Under the pieces are notes generated by a model. That model was not told the origin of the DNA and made no database searches. It worked only from the letters and a program-made list of their open reading frames with translations. DNA of 64,000 nucleotides from Octopus vulgaris (taxonomy: Eukaryota), in the NCBI GenBank assembly GCA_951406725.2, contig OX597825.1, positions 2,046,001 to 2,110,000 of the forward strand, given 5' to 3'. This document shows positions 12,942 to 26,253 of this stretch, piece after piece. The position numbers and the translations under genes are program-made. The first letter of the stretch is position 1. Each line of letters starts with the position of its first letter.

Positions 12942-12947
<6 letters not shown>
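12282..12947 (-). mobile_element. Non-coding HHR element: ~564-bp unit, ~65-bp direct repeat, short inverted end
   Basis: tataattatg...ggttcagcaaaa...taccgaaattta at ~12285 and ~12849. 12924-12947 is inverted relative to ~12849-12873. (TA)n flanks. Confidence 0.75.
12465..12547 (-). ncRNA. Decayed hammerhead ribozyme type I
   Basis: Minus strand ACTTTA-CTGATGA-GGAGAG...CTCTC-taaatac-GAAAC-GG-GTA-TACAGT. Stem I has one mismatch and stem II has a bulge. Confidence 0.6.
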
Positions 12948-12982
<35 letters not shown>

Positions 12983-13014
12983 TTACACACACACATATGT
13001 ATATACATATATAT

Positions 13015-13332
<318 letters not shown>

Positions 13333-13369
13333 AATATATATTTATATATACATATACACGCATTTGTGT

Positions 13370-13528
13370 GTGTGTGTATTTGTGCCTTTGTTTGTCGCGT
13401 CCTTCATCGCTTGTTAACTGGTGATAGTGACCTAGTGGTTCAACAAAAGGGTTTGATAAAATAAGTTTTAAAAAATAAGTCCTGGAGTCGATACATTTGA
13501 CTAAGAATTCTTTAAGGTGCTGCCCAAA
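13370..13528 (-). mobile_element. SINE family C, decayed
   Basis: Minus strand gggcagcaccttaaag...tagtcaaatgtatcgactccaggacttatt...caagcgatg...gacaaaca resembles 62260-62470. Confidence 0.6.
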
Positions 13529-14231
13529 AGATAAGAAATATTCTTCGTATTCTGTTTCGTTAAATATCCCTTTTGATTTGTATTTTGTTTTTATTGTTAA
13601 AATTTGAACTTTTGGGGCAAATTTTCCTGATGCAATTTGTGATTTCATTCCGTTGTAACAGGAACATTTTTTCTATTTGTTATTTTGCAGTTTATCTTAC
13701 TCAGGTTTCCTACTTTTGTTTGCTTGTATTGCGTTTACATTACGCATTCTCTATTTCCGTTTATTAAACCTTCGCAGTTAGCTTTCAGAATTCACCATAT
13801 ATTAATTCATCTGTCTAACCTTTTTGTGTTCAAAGAAATTATTTTCTCTTCAATTTTTATAAGTGATGTTGGTTTCAATCTTTTGTAGTTTGAAAATACT
13901 TACAAATTATGCATGTATTCCTCCCGAATATATTTTGATGCTTCTTGATTTATTTATTTGTGAAATCGAAGCATAAAATTTGGCCCTTTTTTAATATTGT
14001 CGCTATTTTCATTCTTAAATGTTTTTGCTGAAACCGATCATCGCGCAATCGATTTTCGTACGTTTTATGCATTAATTTCAAAGTGTCTATTCCCCTTTTA
14101 ACCATGCAACAGGCGATGCGCTTGTTATTTTTGTCTTGTGGGTAATAGCAAATATGTCAGGTGTTGATACAAACCGTGCACTGAGAGATTGCTGACCGAT
14201 ACGGACATTGTTATTATAATATATAAGATAC

Positions 14232-14430
14232 TAAGGCGGCAGAATCGTTAGCAAACCGCGTGAGATCCTTAGCGGCATTTCGCCTGTCTTCATGTTCTAA
14301 GTTCAAATTCTGCCGAGGTCGACTTTGCCTTTTGGAGTCGATAAAATAAGTACCGGTTGAATATTGGGGTCGATGTAATCATCTTAGCCCCAACCCACGA
14401 AATTGCTGGGCTTCTGCCAAAATTTGAAAC
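14232..14430 (+). mobile_element. SINE family A
   Basis: aaggcggcagaatcgttagc...gttcaaattctgccgaggtcgactttgcc...aaatttgaaac. Confidence 0.85.
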
Positions 14431-14515
14431 GAATTGCATAAGAAACTGTATTGTTAATCATGGATAATTTTGTTCTTCTTGTTTTTTCTTATTTCTCGTT
14501 ACATCGTGTGTTCAA

Positions 14516-14788
14516 TTACCACCTAAGAAAAGTTTGACTTTCATTCTTCTGGAATAGATTTAAAATTTCATTCTCATCATCCTGAATTTCTGGTAATGTG
14601 TCAAGGTAAAAATCATAATCAAGATGTTTGTTGCTGACAAAGTCGGGTATTACTACTGAGAGCTGATATTTATCCTCAAAACCAATTTGAGATTTTTTCT
14701 CATGGAAACTCCAGCAGTATAGCTTGTTCTCACAGAAAATCCACGTTTCCTCACGAGCATAACGATGTTTCAATCTTTTATTGTCTGC
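14516..14788 (-). CDS. Candidate exon 3 (terminal?) of an unidentified gene: ADNKRLKHRYAREETWIFCENKL...QTFLRW*
   Basis: Non-repetitive 90-codon open frame. CAG acceptor in phase 0 matches the phase-0 donor at 15580. No family recognised. Confidence 0.35.
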   Translation of the reverse strand, partial: ADNKRLKHRYAREETWIFCENKLYCWSFHEKKSQIGFEDKYQLSVVIPDFVSNKHLDYDFYLDTLPEIQDDENEILNLFQKNESQTFLRW

Positions 14789-15042
14789 CTGGTTATATGA
14801 AGATTTAATAATTATATTTCTTATTACTCTCAATTTCTTTTTATAATTCCGTGTATTTGTGTTTTATTAATGTTAAATTAAGCTCTTCTTAAACTGTATA
14901 ACATTTTCACCCTTCCCCTCGTTCCTATACAATTTACTTTTCCATCCCATATATATTTGTAAATACCCTGGTCAACGTATATTACATGGTATTATATATC
15001 TTCGATCTTTTGGGGCTGATAAAGAAAAAAAAATTATATTAG

Positions 15043-15072
15043 TCATCATCATCATCATCATCGTCGTCGTCG

Positions 15073-15146
<74 letters not shown>

Positions 15147-15168
15147 GTCATCGTCATCGTCATCATCA
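15043..15168. repeat. (CAT)n/(CGT)n microsatellite
   Basis: Directly visible. Confidence 0.95.
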
Positions 15169-15485
15169 TAATCCTCGTTATTCTAATCTTATATTGTAGT
15201 GGTGGTGGTCGTGGTAGTAATACTAGGATTGTCGTCTTAGTTTTACCATAACCGTAGGTTATCAATATACGATATGGCTGTCTATTTGATAATTACGAAG
15301 AAGGAAATTCAGTTCCCTGAAAGTAAATACCATCATTAGTAATTATGGAATAACTCCATCAGGAAATGAATCATATAATCTAATAGATTTATCCGATATT
15401 CCACGGAATATTTCCGATAAGTACATTGTTTTTGTTGCTTTTACTGATGTAGTACGAATTACTTTTACACACTCACACACACACA

Positions 15486-15556
<71 letters not shown>

Positions 15557-15580
15557 ACACACGTCCACACAAATACGTAC

Positions 15581-15973
15581 CTTCATGAGCAAATATAAAG
15601 TTGTAGAGTCAAAGAGAAATCCTGGAGGCAATGGTTTTATTTCGTTAGAAACAGCAATAAAATACACCAACCCAACACACACACGACCCAACTTGCGTAA
15701 ATATTCCCTTCGAATTATTAACTGCTTTGTCCGTATATTGTCCCATTGATTTGTATAAGGATCGCTCCCCAGGCAACTTTCTGCATGAATTTCGGTAGTT
15801 ACGGTTTTGAGCGTAAGACTCTGTGAGTTGCGTGTATGCTTACCTCGAAGCGGGTTGTGCCAGGAACTTATTACTAAAGCTCGAAGGGCTAATCGTGACG
15901 CTATGAGAATTAACGACTTTATGATATATCTGGTTTCTTGGGAAATGATAAGTACTTTAGCCAGAGGAGGCAC
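15581..15973 (-). CDS. Candidate exon 2: VPPLAKVLIISQETRYIIK...TTLYLLMK (131 codons)
   Basis: Open non-repetitive frame ending AAG|GTACGT. The acceptor ttgcaag| is weak. An optional in-frame 63-nt GTAAGC...CAG intron lies at 15843-15781. Confidence 0.35.
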
Positions 15974-16045
15974 CTTGCAATATTAGGGGGGAAATCTTGA
16001 TAGAGTAAAATCTTAAATCGGATTATCCTTTGCATTCTAACTCAC

Positions 16046-16078
16046 TTCATGTTTCAAGCGGGTGAGTGTCATCCACAT
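16046..16078 (-). CDS. Candidate first coding exon MWMTLTRLKHE
   Basis: ATG...GAA|GTGAGT phase-0 donor, then a 72-nt intron with ctaat near its 3' end. Confidence 0.25.
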
Positions 16079-16624
16079 ACTTCAATTTATCAGTAAAGCT
16101 ACACTTCGCAACTGCTCGTTATTTTGGATAGTGGCCCCGTTGAAGACTATGTTTGTCTACAGTTAGATTAGAGATTCTTCTGCTGAAAGAGGGGTTAGTG
16201 GCTGACGTTTCTATGGATATAAGTAGTAGACTTTTTTTATTAGGATAGTTAGTACCTGCTTGTCTAGGTAGTAGACATGTGTTAAGTAGATAGTAGCAGT
16301 TATTGTTCAGCTGAATTTTTGTTAACTGTTTATAAGATCCAGCATGAACGAATCTCCATCCTGGTCATTCATATTGTTTGGGACTGTCCGGAAATCATAT
16401 AAAACGACGAACAGTGGAGACTTGAACTCTCGATAGACACAGTCGAGAAGTGGGACACTTTCATTTTATTTTACACCGCGCACATTCTCGTGAAGCAGTG
16501 GGTGATCTCTTAGTGTCGATAATTCTGATATCGAGGCCACTAATTCTGAAAACGTATCAACCGAAATCACGGACTTTTAGGAGAATGGACTTCGATGTCA
16601 AAGAGTACAACTCCAAAATATTAT

Positions 16625-16808
16625 TTTCTACTCTGGGCACAAGGTCGGAAATTTTCTGGGAGGGGGGGGGATGCAGTCTATTAGATCGACCCCGGGATGA
16701 AAGGAAAAGTCGACCTCGGGGGAATTTGAACTCAGAACGTAAAGACAAACGAAATGCCGTTAAGCATTTCGCCCGGCGTCCTAACGGTTCTGCCAGCTCG
16801 CTGCCTTA
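16625..16808 (-). mobile_element. SINE family A
   Basis: gtcgacctcgggggaatttgaactcagaacg...ctgccagctcgctgcctt. Confidence 0.85.
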
Positions 16809-17258
16809 GAACTCGAAAATATTAAGCTGTGTGAACTTTTAAGTGGCTTTTATCCACAATGCCGTGGACCCAGTTGAATATAGTTGCACTGCAACAGCCT
16901 CTCATATTAGAATTGATAACATTAAGATCATCTTTAGTTACCATGTCTTGCTTTTAGAAGGGGTTAATATAGGTTTCGAAAAGAATTTGGACGTGTTATG
17001 TTTGAGCGTGAAACCAGCAATGTAAGAAGTGTTGCCACGAGTTGAAGTATAAATATGAACTGAACAAAGCAATGGATGCTTAAATATTTGCGCATAGAAG
17101 ACATTTTAGACTTCTCCACTCTGATTCCTTACAGATGACGATTGAAACGAGCCCTTTACTTACGAAGGTTAAAGTAAACGCTGAAGCGAGTTAAGCTGTT
17201 ATTAAAAAGTTACAACTTTCAGTTCTAAAATCGTCCTGTATTACTTTCGTTTGTTCAC

Positions 17259-17398
<140 letters not shown>

Positions 17399-17489
17399 CT
17401 GACTGCCTGTCTTTCAAGGGGGAGAGAGAAAAACTACGCAGTGAATTATATATATGAATGTGTGTGTTTGTGCGTGCTTATGTGCATAA

Positions 17490-17730
17490 GTAGATGATAT
17501 AAAACAATTCATTATGTTCCGCTCTTGTATGAACTTCCCTCATCTTATGAATGAAAGTACGTACCGAGGCATTTACTTCCAACAATATCAATATTTCTTC
17601 ACACACGGCAGTTTCAGAGGGCGGACAATTTTTCCAGGCATTGCATTTCACAAATGAACGAACCAACAGATTTTGAACTGCACACCGAATTCATTTCCAA
17701 TAGAGTTCATTTTTTGAAACTAAAAATAAA
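17490..17730 (-). pseudogene. Possible mariner transposase N-terminal (HTH) remnant
   Basis: Frameshifted WF...RP.ETAVCEE resembles the WF..F...R.GRP motif. Confidence 0.35.
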
Positions 17731-20024
17731 ATTCTTTAACTGATCGACTTCATGCTAGGGCAAAGGCTTCTTCTCAAGATTAACGGTGACTGACTAAAGG
17801 ACAAAATGACTCTTCGCATACAAATGAGGCTCATTGTGATTGCCAGTCCTTCTGTGTCTTCCAGCTCTTCCACAATAATTATGACAAAATTTTCGCCCAC
17901 AAGAAATATTAGCTTTCGAAATATGCATAAATAAATGTTTTTATACATACACACATACATACATACATACATACATACATACATACATACATACATACAT
18001 ACATACATAAATCTGCAGCTACTCTATCCAGATTTCATGTTCAGGCTTATACCTGTAATTATTGGGGCTCTGTCATATGTAACACTCTGCCTAAATCCAA
18101 TCTTCTCAAAACCAGAAAGGAGAAAGCTAATTCGAAACTACATATTCAATCCATCACTGGAAATGTAAAAATCTGTAAAACATTCCAGAAGTTTGTAATT
18201 TAACTATATATGCAGGAGAATAAATACATAAAACATAAAATTTTCCACATACATACATGCATAGATGCATACATTCGTACACACACATAATATATATATA
18301 TATACATATATACATACAAACAAAAATGCCATGTTGTGTTGAAATTCCAATGAAGGGACCCTGAATCTATGTTAGAAACCGGTTCTTACTCATTTGGCAA
18401 GAAATCTTGAAATAAGCTGAATAATGACATACATACATACATACACAAACACACACACACACAGAGTGTCTAGTAACATTCTGTGTCTCACTGATTTTGC
18501 TTTCGAGGTACGCTAAGGACACACGTGTATGTGGAAAGATTAGCCAATTAATTACATATTAAGTGAATAGTATGTAGCTGGTCGAAGGACTAGATCCTCA
18601 TTGACCAATGAGGGCGGTTCACCATGTATCTATGGTATCATTGATTCATCCATGCAGACATGCGCATAGATTCTGTTCTAAGTCCTACTTCTTGCATATA
18701 TTAAAAATGATACGTTCAAAAGAGATACCCAAGAATTCATTGAAAACAGTCCCAATCACTACTATCTTCCACAACGAATCACTTTTTCTTTATCTCTTCC
18801 TTTCCTGTCTATTTCTCTCTCCTTCTCTTACTCTGGTTCTTCCTCTTGTAATTGATTCGTCCTATTTCCCCACATACAAATGGCACGTAATGCTAATCAA
18901 TAAATGTTTGTTTATATAATTAAAGTACAGTGATTTGATTGGCCGCGAAGAGTAAACAAATCCAACGTTTCGGAGAATATGCCGTCGTCAGAGAGATAAT
19001 GTCTAGTGGCTATGTGACTTTGGCATTAGCTTCTATAGTATTTTTCTGCGAGAAACTTTCCGTTTGCAAAAGCTTGGGATTAGAATTTTTCACGGCAATC
19101 CATCTTACTCTAATTCATTTATTTTTTAAACAAATTTTCATTTCCCTGTTAATTTATCTCTTTCTACGTGAATTGTCCTGTTTCTCTCTTTACTTCCTTT
19201 CCACATTCTCACTTTCTCTTTGTACTTATATTTTATTCTTTAAACACAGGCACTTCCCAGTTGTTTTCATTGACACACGGCTCATAGTAAAAATAAAATA
19301 AAATAAAAAAGGAACAATCACAACGATAATAACATAAGAATATACAGAAGCAAAGGCAGATGGCAGATCCACCTCTTTCTCTCTCTTTCTCTCTCTCACG
19401 TGACTTTATTTTAAGTAAACAAGCTCGCAACAACGCTGCAGCGACCTGCAGCGCAAACATGGGTTTTAATGTTGTCTGCGCACAACATACGCATACACAC
19501 AGCTTACAAATATGTTCTCACTGACAACACCTAACAACACAAAGAGAGGATTCTGCAAGCATCTCTACATACACATAAACACATATGCTGATAATTTCTC
19601 TGCAAACGCACACCAAACGCATAGCACACACTGCAATAGTAATTTATCGTTGAAGTTGATAGCAAATGATCCTTTTTAAGAAAGTTATTTCACATGTCAA
19701 AAGTAATTAGAAACTGAAGTGTGTTTTTTTTCTGTCTAATATGAAGCATTCATTAATAACATATGCGGAATAAACCGAGAGATAAGTGAACATATAATCA
19801 ATCAATTAAGTACAACCACATCATTGTAATTAAACATACAAGTCAATAAAAGCAAAGTTTCTCCTCTGAGAGCGACATTGAATCCGATAGAAACACAGAA
19901 GCGTTATTTAGAAATCGGAATTTAGTTGACATTTTAAAGAGATCAAAGACTTATTTAAAACATGAACATTGCAGTAGCCGTTATCATCGTCAATTTAATT
20001 ATTACTATTAGATGAAGCAGTATT

Positions 20025-20025
20025 A

Positions 20026-20078
<53 letters not shown>

Positions 20079-20103
20079 CATTATTATGATTATTATTATT
20101 ATT
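20025..20103. repeat. (ATT)n microsatellite
   Basis: Directly visible. Confidence 0.95.
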
Positions 20104-20449
20104 AACAATTAGTATTAGTTTAACTTTTTTTAAAGCGATCTTACAGGAAAACATTACGATAATGTAATCCATCACGCATTACATCATGCTTCTTCGTGCA
20201 TTTTAAATTCACAAGTGATTGACCGAAGACTTGCTAATAGAGATCTCGTTAAACACGACACGAAGTGTTGGTGTCAGCCATTATTGAGGAAGCCGCAATA
20301 TGAACGATCAACTTACTAGAAATAGCAACCATTCCAAGTAAACTGTCTTAAAACACTGGCCTCCGGCTGACCTGAAGCCATGTTAAGAACATCTTGATTC
20401 AATGAACGTTTCTATCCTTTTGGTTCTGAATGTATGCCATACTGACGTT

Positions 20450-20481
<32 letters not shown>

Positions 20482-20770
20482 TGATATGGTGGGAGTTATG
20501 ACACTGGTAATAACCCCGATTAACTGTATCGGAATAGTGTTCCTTGTGTTAAGCTATTCACACTGGATTTGTTCAGCCAAGCCTGAGATAATTCTTTTTA
20601 GCTTAATTTCTAAAAGGGACATCAAGTCCACGTAGATATTGACCGTGTCAAGACATGCATTTATGGTTAGATGCACTGATCTCCTGGTTGCTTTAGATCC
20701 GAAATGATATGCTTTCAAAGTGATCTTCTTAACAACAAAAAATGCCAACGTCTACACAGACACACATACA

Positions 20771-21114
20771 CACGGTGCGTCAAGGTTTGGTAAGTTATAT
20801 CAATTTAGAATACGCATAACTCATGAAAGAAAAAAAATTTTTCTAAATAAATTGGTATACTTTGTTTTGAGTATCCTTTTATCACACCTCTTCAACGAAT
20901 CTACTGTCAGCGTTAATGGCAGCTTCAATAAGGAGTTGGAGGTATTAATGAGTCCGGATCAAATAATCTTTATTAATTTTGGACACAGTGCTGGTAATAC
21001 GGGACATAAGAGAATGCAAAGTATTATAGGGGTGTTGATGGACATCTCGCTCGACTACGCTCCATCAATAATGAAACAGTGGACTGAGGTCGGGTGAGGT
21101 AGGAGTCCATGCGC

Positions 21115-21164
<50 letters not shown>

Positions 21165-22080
21165 ATGGTTATAGAAGTCGTCAGCAACGAAGGGATTGTT
21201 AAGTCTCTTGGGAGAACATGGTTCCCGGTTTATGAGACGGAGCAGAGTCTTATGAGATGGAGAAGAGTCTTATGAGATGGAGCAGAACTCTATCTGCCCA
21301 CGACTCACATCCTTCTCCAACACATCTGTGTAGACAAAAACATTGACACTTAAACAAAGTGAAGTGAGGAAACATAACAATTCCTTCGATGCTGACGACT
21401 CCCAGAACCATCGCAGTTACTTGAGGTTTAGTATTCCTGACCATCGGAGTCTCGGTTGGGTCCCGGCACAAACATCTGTCGTTCCTTTGGTTTAACTTTT
21501 CTCCTGATAGAAGTTTTTTCTCATCAGAGAAAAACTAAAGAATTCCAGCCTCTTAGTCTTTCAACCTGTTTAGCAAGCACTTTGCACGAATCGAAAAATT
21601 CTCTCTTGTCAAACCCGCCATAAACTTTTCCCTCCACTTCACCTACGACTTACACCGGATCTCCTCATACCTAAATCTTCTAATAATGTATTCTGAAAAC
21701 CTGAGGTTCTTTGAAATGGCTGTGATTGGCTTTCTGTGGTTATTTCTTAGAACGTTTCTACAAAGATTATTTCTTGGACCTACTTCTGGTGGTATTAGGA
21801 CCCAGTGTATGCGTTTTGCAATAAGTTCTGGATGCTGGATGTTCGTCAGCAGCTCCCAGCTCCTTTCAATCTCTGTCAATGAAAGATCGGGCAACTTCCA
21901 GGAAGTGAGACATCTCTGTATCACCATGCCCCGATTTTAAGGCAACGATTTCAATGTGTCTTTTCATTTGTTTAGTGAACAAGATGTCTGACAGTTATCT
22001 GAACGTTAAAAAACATAAAATGTTAGAAGAGATGTTTGAGTTCTTGAAAGAAGTGTCCTAAAATAAACCGACGCCCCCTG
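20771..22080 (-). mobile_element. Decayed Tc1/mariner element, maT/DD37D-like
   Basis: Minus-strand fragments FFSDEK..., CRDPTETPMVRNTKPQVTAMVLGVVSIEGIVMFPHF, DSAPSHK, SPDLSPL..Y*WSVVERDVHQHPYNT. Degenerate TIRs cacggtgcgtcaaggttt / aaaccgacgccccctg followed by TA. Confidence 0.85.
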
Positions 22081-22176
22081 TATACATACATACATACATG
22101 CATACATATATACGTACACACACACATATGTACACATATGTATGTGTGTATACATTATATGCGTTTATATATATTC

Positions 22177-22221
<45 letters not shown>

Positions 22222-23224
22222 CACATATATATGCATATGTGTGTATGTATATCTTCACTTATATAAATATGTGTATATATATATTATATGTATATATATA
22301 TATGTGTGTGTGTGTGTGTATCTTATTATTATCATCGACGTCATCATCATCATCATTATTATAATTATGGTAGTAGTAGTAGCAGTGGTGGTGGTGGTAG
22401 TAGTAGTAGTATTGAGTAGGCGGAAGATTAGATGAAGAATGAAGGCAAGCGATCAGTCAATATAAAATAAACTGATTAGGAAGAGTGATATATCTGAAGC
22501 TCCGTAGTCGTATAGAATATCGATAGTTCGAATTTCATTATTCGCACAGACAAAAGATATGTGGTGTACGTCTATAAAATACTGATAACGACAACCTGAA
22601 CAAACATAAAATAGAAAGAAAAAATGTTCAATATTCAATCGGTCGTCTACAAGAAGTAATTCATTCAAAGAAGTAAGTTATTTAAGAAGTGAAGTGATGT
22701 AACAATATGACACAGACGTCAACTCTCTGAAATCAGATATCAAGTGGGGATTATCGATGAAAAAGAAATATAAGCAAGACCCGAGAATAGACTTGATAAA
22801 TATTTGGCAAGCAATACTTTTGAGACGTTATTCTGACATGCTGAAAAAGTTTCATTAAAAATGAATAGTTTTAATAATATGCCTCTCAGTTAAACAGAAA
22901 CAGCAGAGTAAACATTTAATTATAGATTTACCTGAAGCATAGTAAAGGTGAATCGGTATATTGTTGGTTTGGTAGAATCGGTTGAGTGGTGTTGCAAAAT
23001 ATTGTTTTACTCGATATCCAAACATCCTCAGATCAAATCCTATCGTAGTTGACGTTACTTGTTTTCGTTTACATATTTCAATCTTTTTTATGCATAATTC
23101 AGGCATAGTCGATGCAGTCAATGAGGAATGGCATTCCAAACATGACCATCCATAATTTTTCGCTAAAAATTTTCTACATTTTATAAACAGGGTCTGGTGT
23201 GATTTAATCGAGATTTATAACTTA

Positions 23225-23620
23225 CTAGCAGTATAGCCCGGCGTTGTTCGGGTTCGTTTTCTTTTCGACCCTTTACAATTGGTCTTTTTGAAAAGTAAAA
23301 ATTTTGCATTATGTAGCTTGTTATTCTATTTAAGTGAACATTTTTCTGGTTGAAATACACCGAAAAATGGCGACACAGCAGTCAAAAAATCGTAAAAAGT
23401 AGGAATTTTCATAGAAAAAAAGCACCTTTTTGATGTAAATAATGTTTGCTGTTAACATGGTCCGATTTTAATTCTTTTTTCTACTAAAGGAAGAACAAGC
23501 CTCCTTCTATCATACTCTCAATTTTGGTCAACTTGCGCCGCAGGGTCTCGGAGGAGATAGTTTTAGCTGAAGGCTACCAAACCTGCCATACACAGACAAC
23601 TTCAGCTTTATATATAAAGA
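23225..23620 (-). mobile_element. Non-autonomous Helitron (396 bp)
   Basis: Minus strand starts A|TCTTTATATATAAAG and ends CCCGAACAACGCCGGG hairpin-ctatactg-CTAG|T. This gives 5' TC, 3' CTAG, a subterminal hairpin, an A|T target and no TSD. Confidence 0.88.
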
Positions 23621-23975
23621 TTACTATAAGATAGAATGATCACGTGTAATCTTCTCTTGATGGCAAAAGATCAGCCGAGTAATGGATTCGATTCCACTCC
23701 CATGAAAATGACAATACAGAGGATCTCATCTTATCAGCTTACACCTGATCAATGAAAGGTCAGGCAACTGAGAATACTTATGAGCCCGCAACGATGATGC
23801 GTACACGAAATGTATCATTATAATACTATCGAGAAAGTAAATGTGTTTCAAGAGGTTCCATACGGTATTCTTCAATATATTCTTGTACATAAAGACAAAA
23901 ATACCATTTATTAGAATTTATTGAAGATAAATAGAGACACCTGGAACTGTTTGGATAAACAGAGATATTCAAACT

Positions 23976-24030
23976 TTGATGTCTGATGATTCCGGTTGAT
24001 TTTTGTCGGGGACGAAACAGGATCATAAAC
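23976..24030 (+). ncRNA. Degenerate hammerhead-like motif
   Basis: CTGATGA(23983-89)-TTCCGG...TCGGGG-AC-GAAAC(24014-18)-AGG-ATC. Stems I and III are weak. Lies next to (TA)n. Confidence 0.4.
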
Positions 24031-24089
24031 GAAGAGGATTATAAATCATGATATATATATATATATTATATGTTCCTTTACTCTTATAT

Positions 24090-24262
24090 TCGTTTACTTG
24101 TTTAAGTCTTTTATACGAACAAATCGATTCCAGGACCCATTTTTAAATCGTAGTATTCTTTCACTCGCTCTTTTTGCCGAACCGCTAAGGTACGAGGACG
24201 TAAACACGCCAACATCGGTTGTTAAGCGACGGTGGGGGACACAAACATACACACGCACAAGC
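24090..24262 (+). mobile_element. SINE family C
   Basis: tttacttgttt...ctttttgccgaaccgctaaggtacgaggacgtaaacacgccaacatcggttgttaagcgacggtggggg. Confidence 0.8.
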
Positions 24263-24499
24263 ACGCACACGCACACACACACACACATACGCGCTCATAC
24301 ATACACAGGTTTGGCTAGAAGTCATCCGACAGTAAATCAAAATTCCATAAATACTATTTCAAGAAGGACTTCAGTTTGAGCAATTTTCATGATGCTTCAT
24401 ATTTAGATGTTTTTACTAAATTCATTCAATTGTTAAATATAGATAGATCTTGAAATTAAATGGTTTTGATTCACTGTCAGGTGACGTTTAGCCAACCCA

Positions 24500-24542
<43 letters not shown>

Positions 24543-25446
24543 CACACACACGCATAATATACATAATACACACATGCACTCAAACACACCCAGTAGCTTT
24601 TAGAAAACTGGCATTTTGTTATTATATGTCTATTAGAATATTTTTCTCTGTAGTATATAAGGTCGTTGCTTAATCCCTATTACCTGATCAAATACTACAT
24701 CTAGGAAACCATCCTTTAATATACTATGAAATCAAAAACCTGACATGTGTTTGATTTGTAGGTTACAATGGCTATTGTTTCTAGCAGCCTGAACGCTGAA
24801 GTAGAGACCCGCTTCCAGTTGCGTCATGCATTTACTTGTCGGCAGATTTGTTTGTTGTTGCTATCAGATCTTAGTTACGCTTTGCTACACCGCGCTACAA
24901 AATTTCTCATGATCTGGTATTTAATCAGACGAATGGGTAACGCTATTTGAGTTTGATTATAGCCTTTTAATGGTTGATCAAGGGCACTAGTGAGCACTTT
25001 GCCATGCACACAACTTGTCAATATATTCTGTAAATGATCGGACATTATACATTGTCAGTTCACAAAATCGATTAGAAAAACATGTCAACATGTTTGCACG
25101 GATAAATGTAGCATATAATATAAGAACAAAAAAAAACGCTTTTATACATAAGGCAGTGAGTTGAGTCGGTTGATATAGCGAGAATTCGTTTTATATAGTT
25201 TTATAACTCAGAGTTGTATGCCAACGTTAAAATGTTGACGATGGAAAAATACTACGACCAAGAATGCATACACAAACAACCTCATAAAAACAGGCACAAA
25301 CACATACACACAATAATACATACATGTACGCATACATACACATACATGCATTCCCAAACAGATGTGTGTATACATGTGAGAAGCATATAAGCATACATAG
25401 ATACTTGAATACATAAATACATACACACACAGAGACACATATATAT

Positions 25447-25490
<44 letters not shown>

Positions 25491-25867
25491 AGACGTATAT
25501 ATATATATATATATATATACATATATACATACATATATATATACATACACTCACACACACACATATATATATATATATATACATAAAGAAAAAAACAAGC
25601 AAAACAGTTATAAAATCAGTGTCAGAGATGAAAGCAGTAACTGTACTGGCAAATAATGTTTGTCGCTACTTCAATATGGCCGTTCCGTTCGAACGGACGT
25701 TGCTGTCATGTTTTAACCTCAAGAGGACATTTCCCCTAACTGGTTAAACATGCAACCTGCATCCAATATATTGCGAACAGGAGAGCCAACCCCTACCACC
25801 TTCAAGAGACAGGACCAGCAGACAAGGCTGGTTTCTCTGCCTTTCCACAGAGCTGGACACATATAAG

Positions 25868-25918
<51 letters not shown>

Positions 25919-25952
25919 ATAAAACGGTAAGATAACAAAAGAAAGAAAGAGA

Positions 25953-26025
<73 letters not shown>

Positions 26026-26253
26026 GAGTGTGTAGCTATATATGTAAATTTCTAAATATGTACATGTGCATATACATATATATATATATATATATATTAA
26101 AATTAATCAAAAGACATACTATGTCTACCTGCTTGAAATAACAGTCAAAACTCTTATTGAATCACCAAAAATACACTGATGAAAACTACAGAAGTCAAAC
26201 GAAGGCAAAATCAGGTTAAGACAATCTACAAACATACATTTAAGTATCTGGAT

